DNA from: Candidatus Woesearchaeota archaeon
GTDB lineage: Archaea > Nanobdellota > Nanobdellia > Woesearchaeales > 0-14-0-80-44-23
DNA length: 64,000 nt
Direction of reading: 5' to 3'
Assembly: GCA_038874135.1 (NCBI GenBank)
Contig: JAVZCZ010000001.1
Coordinates: 845,957-909,956 of the forward strand
Part shown: positions 28,808 to 38,340 of the stretch, in pieces
How positions within the stretch are numbered: position 1 is the first letter of the stretch
How the letters are laid out: every line of letters begins with the position of its first letter
Translations under genes and position numbers: made by a program
The notes under the pieces: generated by a model
What the model was told of the DNA's origin: nothing
Database searches by the model: none
Seen by the model: the letters and a program-made list of their open reading frames with translations, nothing else

Positions 28808-28902
28808 AACAATTACAGATAGTTATTTCAAATTTTGAAACAAACCTTTATAAGGCATTTCAAACATCTTTCCTAATTAAACAAATTAAATTTGGTGATT
28901 TC

Positions 28903-30573
28903 ATGGAAAGAAAAGCGCGAATTTTAATGCTAGCACTTACACTAATGCTCCTTACAACCATAGGAGCATTTCCTACAAGGGCTCAGAATCTCTCCAACCA
29001 GGAAGGCAAAATCGTGCTATACCTATTCTGGGGAGATGGATGTCCACACTGTGCAGAAGAAAAGCCATTCCTAATGCAGCTTCAACAAAAGTACCCTCAG
29101 CTTGAAATAAGAATGTTTGAAGTATGGCACAACGAGTCAAACAGAGAACTCTTCTATGAGATGGCATCCCAGCACGGCATAAGGGCTGAAGGTGTTCCAA
29201 CAACATTCTTAGGAAACAAGTCCTGGGTTGGATACTCTCAGCAGATAGGCAGCGAGATAGAGCGTCAGCTTCAGCTAATGATTTACCAGCAGGCTCCAAG
29301 GCAGCTCTGCATACACCTCTTCATAAACAATGACTGCAGTCAGTGTTCAAGCGTACTTCCCTTCTTAGAATCTGTCAGAAAGAAATATGGAATAGACCTT
29401 AAGATTCATGATGTCTCAAACTCTTCAGAAGCGCAACTCTACGAGCAGCTCAAAGATATGTACTCCCTTCCAGAAGCAGGCTTCCCAATAGTATTTATGG
29501 GAAACTCATACTATGTGGGCACGAACTCAATAACAAAGAACCTGGAAGGAGCAGTTCAATACTGCTTGAGCCACGAGTGTACCTGCCCAATAGATAAGAT
29601 TTCCGGAATAACACCATACCTTCCAAGGCCTGGAGAGATGAGCCCTGAAACTAAGACGCTGATAAGCCTTCCGGGAATAGGAGAACTTGACGCGTCTAAG
29701 ATGTCCCTGCCGTTCTTCACAATAATAATAGCCGGCTTAGACAGCTTTAACCCATGCGCATTCTTCGTACTTTTCTTCCTTCTCAGCATGCTAATCTATG
29801 CAAAGAATAGGAAGAGAATGCTGCTGATAGGGCTTACCTTCGTGTTCTTCTCAGGCTTGATCTACTTCCTCTTCATGGCTGCCTGGCTTAACATCTTCCT
29901 GCTGATAGGAAACCTTAATTTAATAACAACAACCGCAGGTATAATTGCAGTGATAGTTGCATTAATCAACATCAAGGATTTCTTCCTCTTCAAAAAGGGA
30001 ATTTCTCTATCAATTCCAGAGAAGGCGAAGCCGAAGCTATTTGAAAGGATGAGGTCTCTCCTTAAAGCGTCTTCCCTGAGTTCAATGTTGATAAGCACGA
30101 TAGTTCTCGCATTGGCGGCGAATAGTTATGAGCTTCTCTGCACAGCTGGATTTCCGATGGTCTTTACAAGAATACTCACCCTGCACAACATTTCACGAAG
30201 CGGGTATTACGCATATCTGCTCCTCTACAATCTCATCTATGTGCTTCCACTCTTAGTGATAGTGTTATTCTTCACACTAACCTTAGGAGCAAGAAAGCTT
30301 ACTGAGTGGGAGGGGAGAGTGCTGAAGCTAACCTCAGGACTTATGATGCTGCTGCTAGGCATAGTGCTGCTTGTAAAGCCAGCCCTGCTTAACAATGCAC
30401 TAGTGGCATTTTTACTCCTGGGCGTAGCACTCTTAATTGACCTGATAATAATTCTAGCAACAAAGCTGCTTGATAGGAAGGAAGTTGAGATGGAATCTAA
30501 AATAGAAGAGCACGAAGAGATCCCAGCTGAAAACAAGGAGAATAAGATTACATCAGAGAAGAGAAAGAGGTGA
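28903..30573 (+). CDS. Thioredoxin/glutaredoxin-fold membrane protein with CcdA/DsbD-like TM domain
   Basis: Signal peptide; CPHC and CSQC Trx domains; DSFNPCAF and ELLCTAGFP TM cysteines. The ORF track starts at 28804; the RBS favours 28903. Confidence 0.8.
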   Translation: MERKARILMLALTLMLLTTIGAFPTRAQNLSNQEGKIVLYLFWGDGCPHCAEEKPFLMQLQQKYPQLEIRMFEVWHNESNRELFYEMASQHGIRAEGVPTTFLGNKSWVGYSQQIGSEIERQLQLMIYQQAPRQLCIHLFINNDCSQCSSVLPFLESVRKKYGIDLKIHDVSNSSEAQLYEQLKDMYSLPEAGFPIVFMGNSYYVGTNSITKNLEGAVQYCLSHECTCPIDKISGITPYLPRPGEMSPETKTLISLPGIGELDASKMSLPFFTIIIAGLDSFNPCAFFVLFFLLSMLIYAKNRKRMLLIGLTFVFFSGLIYFLFMAAWLNIFLLIGNLNLITTTAGIIAVIVALINIKDFFLFKKGISLSIPEKAKPKLFERMRSLLKASSLSSMLISTIVLALAANSYELLCTAGFPMVFTRILTLHNISRSGYYAYLLLYNLIYVLPLLVIVLFFTLTLGARKLTEWEGRVLKLTSGLMMLLLGIVLLVKPALLNNALVAFLLLGVALLIDLIIILATKLLDRKEVEMESKIEEHEEIPAENKENKITSEKRKR

Positions 30574-30577
30574 TCTG

Positions 30578-30973
30578 ATGCTTCCAAAGAATCTCAAATA
30601 TGACAAGAACTATTCCTGGATTAAAGTTGATGGCGACATTGCAGAAGTAGGCATAATAGAGCCGGCAGCTAAAAAGGTTAAAGAGTTCGTGTTCATCGCA
30701 CTTCCGGATAAGGGCTCAATGATAAAAAGGGGGGAAACATATGCTTCATTAGAAGCAGTGAAGTGGTCGGGGCACCTGCCAAGTCCAGTCTCTGGAAAGA
30801 TAATTGAAGTAAATGAGCAGCTTTTTGACACTCCCTCTAACATAAACTCTTCTCCCTATTCCAGCTGGATTATGAGAGTGAAACTTTCCAACCGCAAGGA
30901 GTTGGAAGAGCTTATGAGCTCTGAAGAAGCGGAAAAATTTTATGAAATAAAAAATGAAAAGGTGAGAGCATGA
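30578..30973 (+). CDS. gcvH: Glycine cleavage H-like lipoyl carrier protein
   Basis: LKYDKNYSWIK...EAVK (lipoyl Lys)...SPVSGKIIEVN...INSSPY..WI. Confidence 0.9.
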   Translation: MLPKNLKYDKNYSWIKVDGDIAEVGIIEPAAKKVKEFVFIALPDKGSMIKRGETYASLEAVKWSGHLPSPVSGKIIEVNEQLFDTPSNINSSPYSSWIMRVKLSNRKELEELMSSEEAEKFYEIKNEKVRA

Positions 30974-31734
30974 ACTATAAACAGCTCAGCGAAAAATTTA
31001 CCACAACAATAAAGGGCAAGGCATCCCCAATAGGAATAAAGCTTTTCACTTCAAGAAAAGATGCAGAAAAGCTAAAGATAGTCCCTTTGGAAGAGCAACT
31101 AGCCCTATGCCAGGCAATGAAGCTGGCTGCAGTTTATGAAAAGAGCAGACTCGTCTTTTTTGAAAATGTAGATGCCTGCGTTGTTGGCTCATACATTTTA
31201 GGCTTCGGCCTCCCCCCTGAAGACATAAAGGATAGATGGGTAGCTGGCTTCAACTACAAGCCCGAGATATTTGAAAAGCTCACATCAGCAATAGAAGCCA
31301 TACCGCAGAAGAAATACGAAGCTGCAATCATAGCTCCCCTGTACGAATTTGAAAGAATAAAACAGAAGCCTGAGGCAGTAGTCATATTCATAAACTCTGC
31401 ACAGGCATACCTGCTGTTGGTGGGCTACTTTGACGCAATTGGAAAGAAACCCTACTCAACATTCAACGGGCACGCAGCCTGCGAGGTCATAGCTGCAGTT
31501 GCAAATGGAAAGTCACCCTGGCTTACCATACCCTGCGGAGGCGCTAGAAGCATAGCTGACGCACAGGATGACGAGCTCTGGCTGGGCATGAAGCCGGAGG
31601 AGCTGGAAGCTGCAATCAAGCGCCTGGAGAGCGTGGGCTCAAAGTATCCCGCACCACTAAACCAAATGTTAATAACTCCTATGAATCCGAAGCACCCTCT
31701 AACATCTCTTATAAGCAGGAAGCTGCAGCAATAG
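30970..31734 (+). CDS. DUF169 family protein
   Basis: SPIGIKL...LCQA...ACVVG...HAAC...PCGGAR pattern. Confidence 0.8.
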   Translation: MNYKQLSEKFTTTIKGKASPIGIKLFTSRKDAEKLKIVPLEEQLALCQAMKLAAVYEKSRLVFFENVDACVVGSYILGFGLPPEDIKDRWVAGFNYKPEIFEKLTSAIEAIPQKKYEAAIIAPLYEFERIKQKPEAVVIFINSAQAYLLLVGYFDAIGKKPYSTFNGHAACEVIAAVANGKSPWLTIPCGGARSIADAQDDELWLGMKPEELEAAIKRLESVGSKYPAPLNQMLITPMNPKHPLTSLISRKLQQ

Positions 31735-31748
31735 TCATTTTTCACCTC

Positions 31749-32621
31749 ATGAACAGGCAGCTACCATACTGGATAGGCGTAGGCGCTTATGATAGGCAAG
31801 AGTATGTTAAAATATTGAATCTGATAAGAGAGCATCAGCTCAACACAATCTGCCTTGAAGCCAACTGCCCCAACAGGTACAGATGCTTTTCATCCGGGAC
31901 AGCTACCTTTCTGATACTTGGAAAGGTTTGCACGAGAAATTGTGCATACTGCAATGTAAGCCATGGAACTCCGAAGGGAGTTGACCGCTCAGAACCAGAA
32001 AGAATAGCACAGGCAGTTAAAAAGCTTGGATTAAGACACGCAGTAATAACCTCAGTAAGCCGGGACGACTTGAAAGACGGGGGCGCTTCCCAATTTTTTG
32101 AAACAGCAAGCGCTATAAGAAAAAAGAGCCCCAAATGCAGGATTGAACTGCTAATTCCAGACTTCCAAGGAAGCACTTCAGCTCTGAAGAGGGTGCTGAG
32201 CTCCAACCCTGAAGTGCTCAACCACAACATTGAAGCAGTAAAAGAGCTGTTCCCAAAACTCAGGCCGCAGGGCAGCTACAACAGGTCCATAAAGCTCCTA
32301 AAGAAAGCTAAAACGCTAAACTCTAAGCTCATAACAAAGTCCGGACTGATGCTGGGCTTTGGCGAGAGCCTCCCTCAAGTTTTTGAAACGCTTCACGACT
32401 TAAAAGACGCAGGCTGCGACATCCTCACAATTGGCCAGTATCTCCAGCCATCTCCTAATAAAATTCCAGTTCAGAAGTTTTACAAGCCGAGCGAATTTGA
32501 ACTTATAAAGCGAGAAGCTCTTAAGCTTGGCTTTAAGTCGGTTGTGTCAGGCCCGCTGGTAAGGAGTTCTTACCTTGCAGAGCAATCATTCTTAGAAGTT
32601 GCAAGTGGGAGTGCAGAATGA
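31749..32621 (+). CDS. lipA: Lipoyl synthase
   Basis: CX4CX5C (CLEANCPNRYRC), radical SAM CTRNCAYC, and RSSY. Confidence 0.95.
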   Translation: MNRQLPYWIGVGAYDRQEYVKILNLIREHQLNTICLEANCPNRYRCFSSGTATFLILGKVCTRNCAYCNVSHGTPKGVDRSEPERIAQAVKKLGLRHAVITSVSRDDLKDGGASQFFETASAIRKKSPKCRIELLIPDFQGSTSALKRVLSSNPEVLNHNIEAVKELFPKLRPQGSYNRSIKLLKKAKTLNSKLITKSGLMLGFGESLPQVFETLHDLKDAGCDILTIGQYLQPSPNKIPVQKFYKPSEFELIKREALKLGFKSVVSGPLVRSSYLAEQSFLEVASGSAE

Positions 32622-33373
32622 GAGAGGTGCGACTTGTAACAACTTACAAGAGAAGTGCGTTCTATAATATGGCGCTGGATGAGGCAGTGCTTTCAGAATG
32701 CTATTCAGGGCGTTCTCCACCGACATTGAGGTTTTACACTTGGAAGCCGGCAGCAGTTTCAATAGGATTCTTCCAATCTATCAGGGAAGAAATAGATTTA
32801 AAGAGGGCTGAAGAGTTTGGTGTACATGTTGTGAGAAGATTAACTGGGGGAGGTGCAGTTTTTCACGACAGGGAAATAACATACTCAATAGTAATTCCCG
32901 AAAGGTGGGCTCCTGGCACTATTATTGAATCTTATGAGAAAATATGCAGGGCGCTGGTGCTCGGATTAAAATTTTTAGGAGTAAATGCGCAATTTTCACC
33001 AATAAATGACATAGTTGTAAGTGGAAGAAAGATTTCCGGAAACGCTCAGACCAGAAGGGGGAGATTCATACTACAGCATGGAACTCTGCTTTTAGATTTA
33101 GATGCTGAAAGAATGTTTTCACTACTCAAAGTGCCTTCTGAAAAAATAAGAGAGAAGATGATAAGAAGTGCAAACCAGCGAGTAACCTGCCTCAGAAGGG
33201 AAGCAAATAAAAATTTCACAATAAGCCAGGTTCAAAATGCGCTTGAAAGGGGATTTGCACAGGCTCTCAACATTAAACTGAATCCGGGCAAAATTACAAT
33301 GAGAGAACTCAAACTTAAACGCGCACTTGAGCTAAAAAAATACAGAACGCACGCCTGGAACTTCCTAAGGTGA
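32618..33373 (+). CDS. lplA: Lipoate/octanoate-protein ligase catalytic subunit (LplA/LipM family)
   Basis: NMALDEA, RRLTGGGAVFHD, KISGNAQ and QHGTLL motifs. Confidence 0.9.
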   Translation: MREVRLVTTYKRSAFYNMALDEAVLSECYSGRSPPTLRFYTWKPAAVSIGFFQSIREEIDLKRAEEFGVHVVRRLTGGGAVFHDREITYSIVIPERWAPGTIIESYEKICRALVLGLKFLGVNAQFSPINDIVVSGRKISGNAQTRRGRFILQHGTLLLDLDAERMFSLLKVPSEKIREKMIRSANQRVTCLRREANKNFTISQVQNALERGFAQALNIKLNPGKITMRELKLKRALELKKYRTHAWNFLR

Positions 33374-33376
33374 AAA

Positions 33377-33667
33377 ATGAAAATCCGAACTAGAAGGATA
33401 AGATTTGATTTTAAGGAGCGCGGCGGTAAGCTGCTCAGAGCCTCAGCACTAATCCTGAAAGAAAAAATCATAAGCATAAGACTCAGCGGGGACTTCTTTA
33501 TATATCCCGAAGAAGCAATCTTCAGAATAGAGCAGGCACTTCAAGGTTCCAGTATTAAAGATGTTTCAAAAATTCTAACAAGACATTTGAAAAGAAACAG
33601 GATAAAGATAATTGGATTCACTCCCGAAGGGCTTCAAACGGCTCTGGAAAGCGCTGTCCGCAAATAG
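33377..33667 (+). CDS. Lipoate-protein ligase accessory subunit (LplB-like)
   Basis: GGKLLR...SGDFFIYPEEAI..IE..L.G motif. Confidence 0.8.
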   Translation: MKIRTRRIRFDFKERGGKLLRASALILKEKIISIRLSGDFFIYPEEAIFRIEQALQGSSIKDVSKILTRHLKRNRIKIIGFTPEGLQTALESAVRK

Positions 33668-33752
33668 CATAACTTTATATAGTGCGCTTCAGCCCCCCAT
33701 TCGTTTCTTCAGGAATTTCTTGGAGAATATAAAATCGGAAAGGTGAAAACAA

Positions 33753-33899
33753 ATGGGATATGGAAATGGCTTCGGCCAAAGGACAATGTATAAGGCAGTT
33801 TGCGCTGACTGCGGCAAGGAGTGCGAGGTTCCCTTCAAGCCAACAGAAGGCAGGCCTGTGTATTGTAGGGACTGCTACCAGAAGCATAAGAAATTTTAA
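33753..33899 (+). CDS. CxxC-x17-CxxC zinc-finger small protein (48 aa)
   Basis: Not in the ORF track; MGYGNGFGQRTMYKAVCADCGKECEVPFKPTEGRPVYCRDCYQKHKKF; AGGTGA RBS. Confidence 0.85.
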   Translation: MGYGNGFGQRTMYKAVCADCGKECEVPFKPTEGRPVYCRDCYQKHKKF

Positions 33900-33963
33900 A
33901 AAATATTCCTAATAAGACACGATTTATTGGAGACTTCACTTTTTTATTTTCTTTCTTATAATT

Positions 33964-35376
33964 TTATAATTTCTTTCTTATCATGTATATAATCAGTAGC
34001 ACTAAGAGCACTATTGAAAGTGAGAGCACTGCAGTTACTAGCAGGTCTGAAATCTCACTCTTGGATAGGGAAGTGCTAGAAGCATATGCCCTGTCAGCGC
34101 GCACCTCCTGATTGATAAATGAACTCTTTTCAGAAGATTCCTGATTATTTTGCAATTCCATCTGAGTTGTTATGTTTGTGAAATTCCCGTTACAATCTTT
34201 AACTCTTATCTGAGTGAGCTGCGTCTCCTGCATTCCGGAGTAGTTTAGGATTAGGCTGATGCTGTGAATTCCAGGCTCTGCACCTTTCAGCAGTATTGGA
34301 ATGCTGGCTGAATACACTGAACCTGAGCCGGAGTTAGCGGGAATTCTCACCTTTGAAGAATCAAGAGGCCCAAGCTGGCTGTCCAAAATAGTTAGTTCAG
34401 CATTCTCATCATTGGAGCCCACATTCACAACTTTTAAATTGAGCACAAGCTCCTCGTCAGGGCAGGATTCATTCCTCTCAGCCTGAAACAGGCTTACGCT
34501 CAGCTTGTGAGAGCTCTTCTTAACTTTCAGTAAGAACTGCTTTTCATCCTTATAATCAAAACCATTGCTTCCCTCCCCTTCTATATAAACTTTCAAATTG
34601 TAAGTGTCTTCTAAAGCAGTTAGCGGAAGGGAAAAGTTAATCCTTGCGGAAGATTCAGAAGATGGCTTTATAGAGAACTCTTCTGATTCAAACTCAAGAT
34701 CGCTGCCGTCGTCTATTCCTTCTAAAAAGACATATGCTCTGGCATTTCTTATAGTGATCTTATCCTCAGTGGCGAACTGGTTTCTTGCCTTTACTATAAT
34801 CTGCATGTAACTTCCAGGATATGCGCTTATTCTTGAACCCTCTTCAATATTACTTATCTTGCTCCCATCTACTACAAAGTCAGTTTTGCTGATGGAGAGC
34901 CCGCATACGCTTGAAAAATCTGCTTCTGCAGGATACTCTAAAGGAGTCCAAGTATTAGGATCCCAACCAGTTCTAACCCAGGCGATCATGTCGCCATTCC
35001 TCGCGCAGTAGTGTCCAGAGTAGCTGTTAAAATCGCCATTCCAGCACGATCCCCCGTCAGAGCCGACTGGAGAAACCTTCCAAGCTCCTGAACTTTTGTC
35101 ATATATAAAGAATGTCCAATAGCCATCGGCATCGCTTCCCTTATACTGCTCCACTTCTGAAAGGAAGTGGCCAAGCCCAACGGTGTATGTCCACTTGCTT
35201 CTTATACCTGACTTTTGAAATATTGAATAGCCGCTTGTCCCCTCTTCAATATTCACGCACCTCTCTAAGGTTGTGCCGTTTGGAAGCTGAACTATAAGTG
35301 CAACATTTGAAGCAGACGCGAATGCAGCTAAGAATAGTGCCATTATTAGAACAATTGACCAACTCCTGCCATACAT
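33964..35376 (-). CDS. Cell-surface protein: DUF4430-like N-domain, Ig/CARDB-like domains, C-terminal TM anchor
   Basis: Signal peptide; G.F...YW.F....W..SPVG pattern; terminal TM helix plus basic tail. Confidence 0.7.
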   Translation of the reverse strand: MYGRSWSIVLIMALFLAAFASASNVALIVQLPNGTTLERCVNIEEGTSGYSIFQKSGIRSKWTYTVGLGHFLSEVEQYKGSDADGYWTFFIYDKSSGAWKVSPVGSDGGSCWNGDFNSYSGHYCARNGDMIAWVRTGWDPNTWTPLEYPAEADFSSVCGLSISKTDFVVDGSKISNIEEGSRISAYPGSYMQIIVKARNQFATEDKITIRNARAYVFLEGIDDGSDLEFESEEFSIKPSSESSARINFSLPLTALEDTYNLKVYIEGEGSNGFDYKDEKQFLLKVKKSSHKLSVSLFQAERNESCPDEELVLNLKVVNVGSNDENAELTILDSQLGPLDSSKVRIPANSGSGSVYSASIPILLKGAEPGIHSISLILNYSGMQETQLTQIRVKDCNGNFTNITTQMELQNNQESSEKSSFINQEVRADRAYASSTSLSKSEISDLLVTAVLSLSIVLLVLLIIYMIRKKL

Positions 35377-35388
35377 TTACAAACACCT

Positions 35389-35411
35389 CTGTTGGATATT
35401 ACATCCAACAG
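35389..35411. promoter_or_regulatory. 9-bp inverted repeat CTGTTGGAT-N5-ATCCAACAG
   Basis: Perfect arms, located between divergent genes. Confidence 0.5.
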
Positions 35412-35437
35412 TAAATTATTAATACTATTTATACCTT

Positions 35438-36034
35438 TTGTTTTTTGTGGTAGGAAACACAACTAACTACACTGAAGAGGACATCCTAAGATGCTTTTTT
35501 GTGCTTCCCAAAAACCAAGCAAGGCAAAAGATTGCAAAGATGCTCGGCCTTGGTGAAGGAAGTGTTAAGGCAATTCTTGAAATACTGAAAGATAAAAACA
35601 TTATTAGTTCTACGAGAAAAGGGCACTTCCTGACATCTGAAGGATTAAAAATTTTGGATAGAGCTCTTTCAATTGTGAGCTTACCAGTGCGTCTTAAGCT
35701 TGGGAAAAAACTTCCAGGAGAGGTTCAGGTTGCCTCAGTTCTTAAGAGGCCAGCTGGAAAACTTAATGTTCTCCTTCTCAGAGATGAAGCAGTTAGGAGA
35801 GGTGCAGAAGGAGCGATCATCCTCACTTTCAGGAAGGGCTCTTTAGAATTGGGCTTCAAAGCTAAGCAGCAATTCAACTTTTTAATACCTTATTTTGAAT
35901 TGGAAGATGGAAATTTGCTTTTATTATCTTTCGGGAGAAGTTATGCTGAATGTGAAAGAGCCCTAATCTCAATGCTTATAATGGCATCTCCAACTTTTAG
36001 AAGGATCGCTTCAGAGATAGTATCAAAGGAATAA
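35438..36034 (+). CDS. wHTH protein with DUF4443-like C-domain
   Basis: RQKIAKMLGLGEGSVKAIL...GHFLT; RDEAVRRGAEGA. Confidence 0.75.
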   Translation: MFFVVGNTTNYTEEDILRCFFVLPKNQARQKIAKMLGLGEGSVKAILEILKDKNIISSTRKGHFLTSEGLKILDRALSIVSLPVRLKLGKKLPGEVQVASVLKRPAGKLNVLLLRDEAVRRGAEGAIILTFRKGSLELGFKAKQQFNFLIPYFELEDGNLLLLSFGRSYAECERALISMLIMASPTFRRIASEIVSKE

Positions 36035-36097
36035 ATTACGGGTTTTTCCGAAAAGTTTTTAATGATAAACCACTTTTAAGTAATAAGGGGTGGTTCT

Positions 36098-37111
36098 ATG
36101 AAGGAGAGCAGCTATCTGGAAGAGTTATGCAAGCAGGAATTCTCAGGAGCGCTTGCGAACAGAATGTACGAAGCGTTAAGCCATCTGGTTCCGGCAAATA
36201 TACCTCATAGTAAGAAGAACATTGACGAGATTGCCAACTACGATGAGATACTTGAGGCATATCCTAACCAACCAGGTGCTTATCAGCTTGCTGGAATGAT
36301 TGCATTATTGAAGGGCGAATATGAGCTCGCTTCAGCCCATCTTGAAACTGCTGCAAAGATGTCTCCAAACATGAAGCCGTATTATGAGCTTGTGCTTCAA
36401 AACACAGAAAGGGTCAGCAGAATTATGAAGCAGTATTACGAAGGAAGAGCATCCTATGAGAGAACATATGCTAAGATTGATGAACCCTCTGAAGAAATCT
36501 TGAAGGAAAAGGATAATGAAACAAATAAGAGCGGAATTTCAAAAAGGATTAAGGGCGTGATAGGAGTGCTAACTGCCCTGGCAATTCTGGGCGGTGGAGC
36601 CACTCTCTACTATTCTGGAGAAGCATCCATTGCAAAAAGGCAGGCGGCATCCCTGCAGGAGCAGGTTTCATCCTACCAGGTTGAGATTGACAATTATAAG
36701 CAGACAATCTCAGAGCTTGAGAGCAGACTTTCAGAATTGCAGCAGGAAGAAAGAGTGAATGAAATAATATTATACGTGCAAGCGGAACTGGAAAGGGGAG
36801 AAACAATCACTCATGAAGTAGCGGCATATCTGAGAAACCTCTTAGGCAACGAATATCTGAGCTTGTCCTCTCCAGCCAGGATAAGCTTGATAGCGGATTA
36901 TTGCAAGCTAGTATACCAGGCAAACGGGATTCCCCTGCAGAAGGCACCTCAGATAGCCAGAAATCTTCAGATTGGCTACACATTCTATATACCTTCTGCA
37001 CAACTAGAAAAATCCAATGGCGGCTGGGTGCTTAAAGGCAAGTTCTTTGACGCTAGCGGCAAACTTGTTCCATTTGAGATTAATGGAATGAAATACATCC
37101 TTGACCCATAA
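36098..37111 (+). CDS. TPR-TM-coiled-coil protein with possible LysM-like C-domain
   Basis: TPR-like helices, TM around aa 153-171, heptads, then ERGETI...NGI...NLQIGYTFYIP. Confidence 0.6.
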   Translation: MKESSYLEELCKQEFSGALANRMYEALSHLVPANIPHSKKNIDEIANYDEILEAYPNQPGAYQLAGMIALLKGEYELASAHLETAAKMSPNMKPYYELVLQNTERVSRIMKQYYEGRASYERTYAKIDEPSEEILKEKDNETNKSGISKRIKGVIGVLTALAILGGGATLYYSGEASIAKRQAASLQEQVSSYQVEIDNYKQTISELESRLSELQQEERVNEIILYVQAELERGETITHEVAAYLRNLLGNEYLSLSSPARISLIADYCKLVYQANGIPLQKAPQIARNLQIGYTFYIPSAQLEKSNGGWVLKGKFFDASGKLVPFEINGMKYILDP

Positions 37112-37130
37112 ACCTTTTCTCTTTAATTTC

Positions 37131-38306
37131 TTATTTTTCCATTCTTTCCCTGCGGTACTCTTCAATTATCCTCTCAAAAATCTTGTCCGACTCTAAAACC
37201 TTTTTCAGCTGATCTTTGTCACAGGTCAAAAAGCGTCCTATATCTTTAAGCTCAAGTTTTGAAGCGTCAATAACTGTGAATTGGGAAGAGATGCATTTGG
37301 GAAACTTTTTATTACTTATTAAAACTTTTTCAGCTCCCAGCTCTCTCAAGGTATGCTCGCTAAACTTTTCAGGATTTTCAACATATACAAAACTAGCATG
37401 TATTAATATTTTCAACTGATCATGGCTCAAGCTGAGTGACTCAACCTTGGGAATTATTTCAAAGCGCGTTGTTGAGAGGGCAGCTTCTACAATCCTCTCA
37501 ATCTCGCCTCTTAGCAGATTTACCTCTTCTTCTAGCTGAGAAACCCTCTTAGCTAACACTTTTATTCTATCCTCTTTAAAGACAAGCCTCTCTTCAATCT
37601 TCTTCTGAAAATCTGATTCGCTTTTTAAACGCGCCTTTTTAATTTTGCCAATTTTCCTCTTCAGCTTTGAAATATAAAGGCGCAGCCGAATGTTCTGATT
37701 ACGAAGGAGCTCGCTTTCTTTTAATACACTTTCATAGCTTCTAAGCTTAAACTCGCTGGTTTGCCCTGAACCCTCTGAAGTGACTCTACCGGTTTTGAAA
37801 TCCTCTGTTGCTCCTTTAGGCGTTTTCTCGTTTTTGGAATTGCTTATGGCTGAAGAGATGTTCTCTCCAAATAGGATAATTCTCCTTTCAGCCATTTCTC
37901 TTTCCAGCTCATCCAGCTCTGCCTTCGCGCCAGCCCTCTCAAATCTTGAGAGCAGCCCACCCATTGATTTAAGAGCCCAGAGTGCTGCTGCAGCAGCATC
38001 CCTCTCATGCGCATTCTTAAGAGCTTGCAATTCTCCCCTTTTAAGAAGTTCCTTCTTATCTTCTAAGCTGAGGTCCTGCGGAGGAGCAAATATGCGCGCT
38101 CCCCTAGCAGCAGCGAACTTTCTAACCAGCTCAGGCACTTCCCTCCTGTCAGTGGCAACTCCTACTATTCTCAGCCCTATAGTTTTATTTAGAATCTCTG
38201 AAAGAGAAAGCCCTCTTCCCGAATTTGCCGCTATGAATCTTCCAGAAAGTTCAAAAGCAGCGTACGCAGTAGTAGTCCCCGGGTCTATTCCTATTACCAC
38301 ATTCAT
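37131..38306 (-). CDS. DUF460 family (RNase H-fold plus coiled coil) protein
   Basis: VIGIDPGTTTA and NAHERDAAAAA motifs. Confidence 0.85.
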   Translation of the reverse strand: MNVVIGIDPGTTTAYAAFELSGRFIAANSGRGLSLSEILNKTIGLRIVGVATDRREVPELVRKFAAARGARIFAPPQDLSLEDKKELLKRGELQALKNAHERDAAAAALWALKSMGGLLSRFERAGAKAELDELEREMAERRIILFGENISSAISNSKNEKTPKGATEDFKTGRVTSEGSGQTSEFKLRSYESVLKESELLRNQNIRLRLYISKLKRKIGKIKKARLKSESDFQKKIEERLVFKEDRIKVLAKRVSQLEEEVNLLRGEIERIVEAALSTTRFEIIPKVESLSLSHDQLKILIHASFVYVENPEKFSEHTLRELGAEKVLISNKKFPKCISSQFTVIDASKLELKDIGRFLTCDKDQLKKVLESDKIFERIIEEYRRERMEK

Positions 38307-38340
38307 ACTCTTGTTAGGATAGCATTTCTGTTAAATATTT

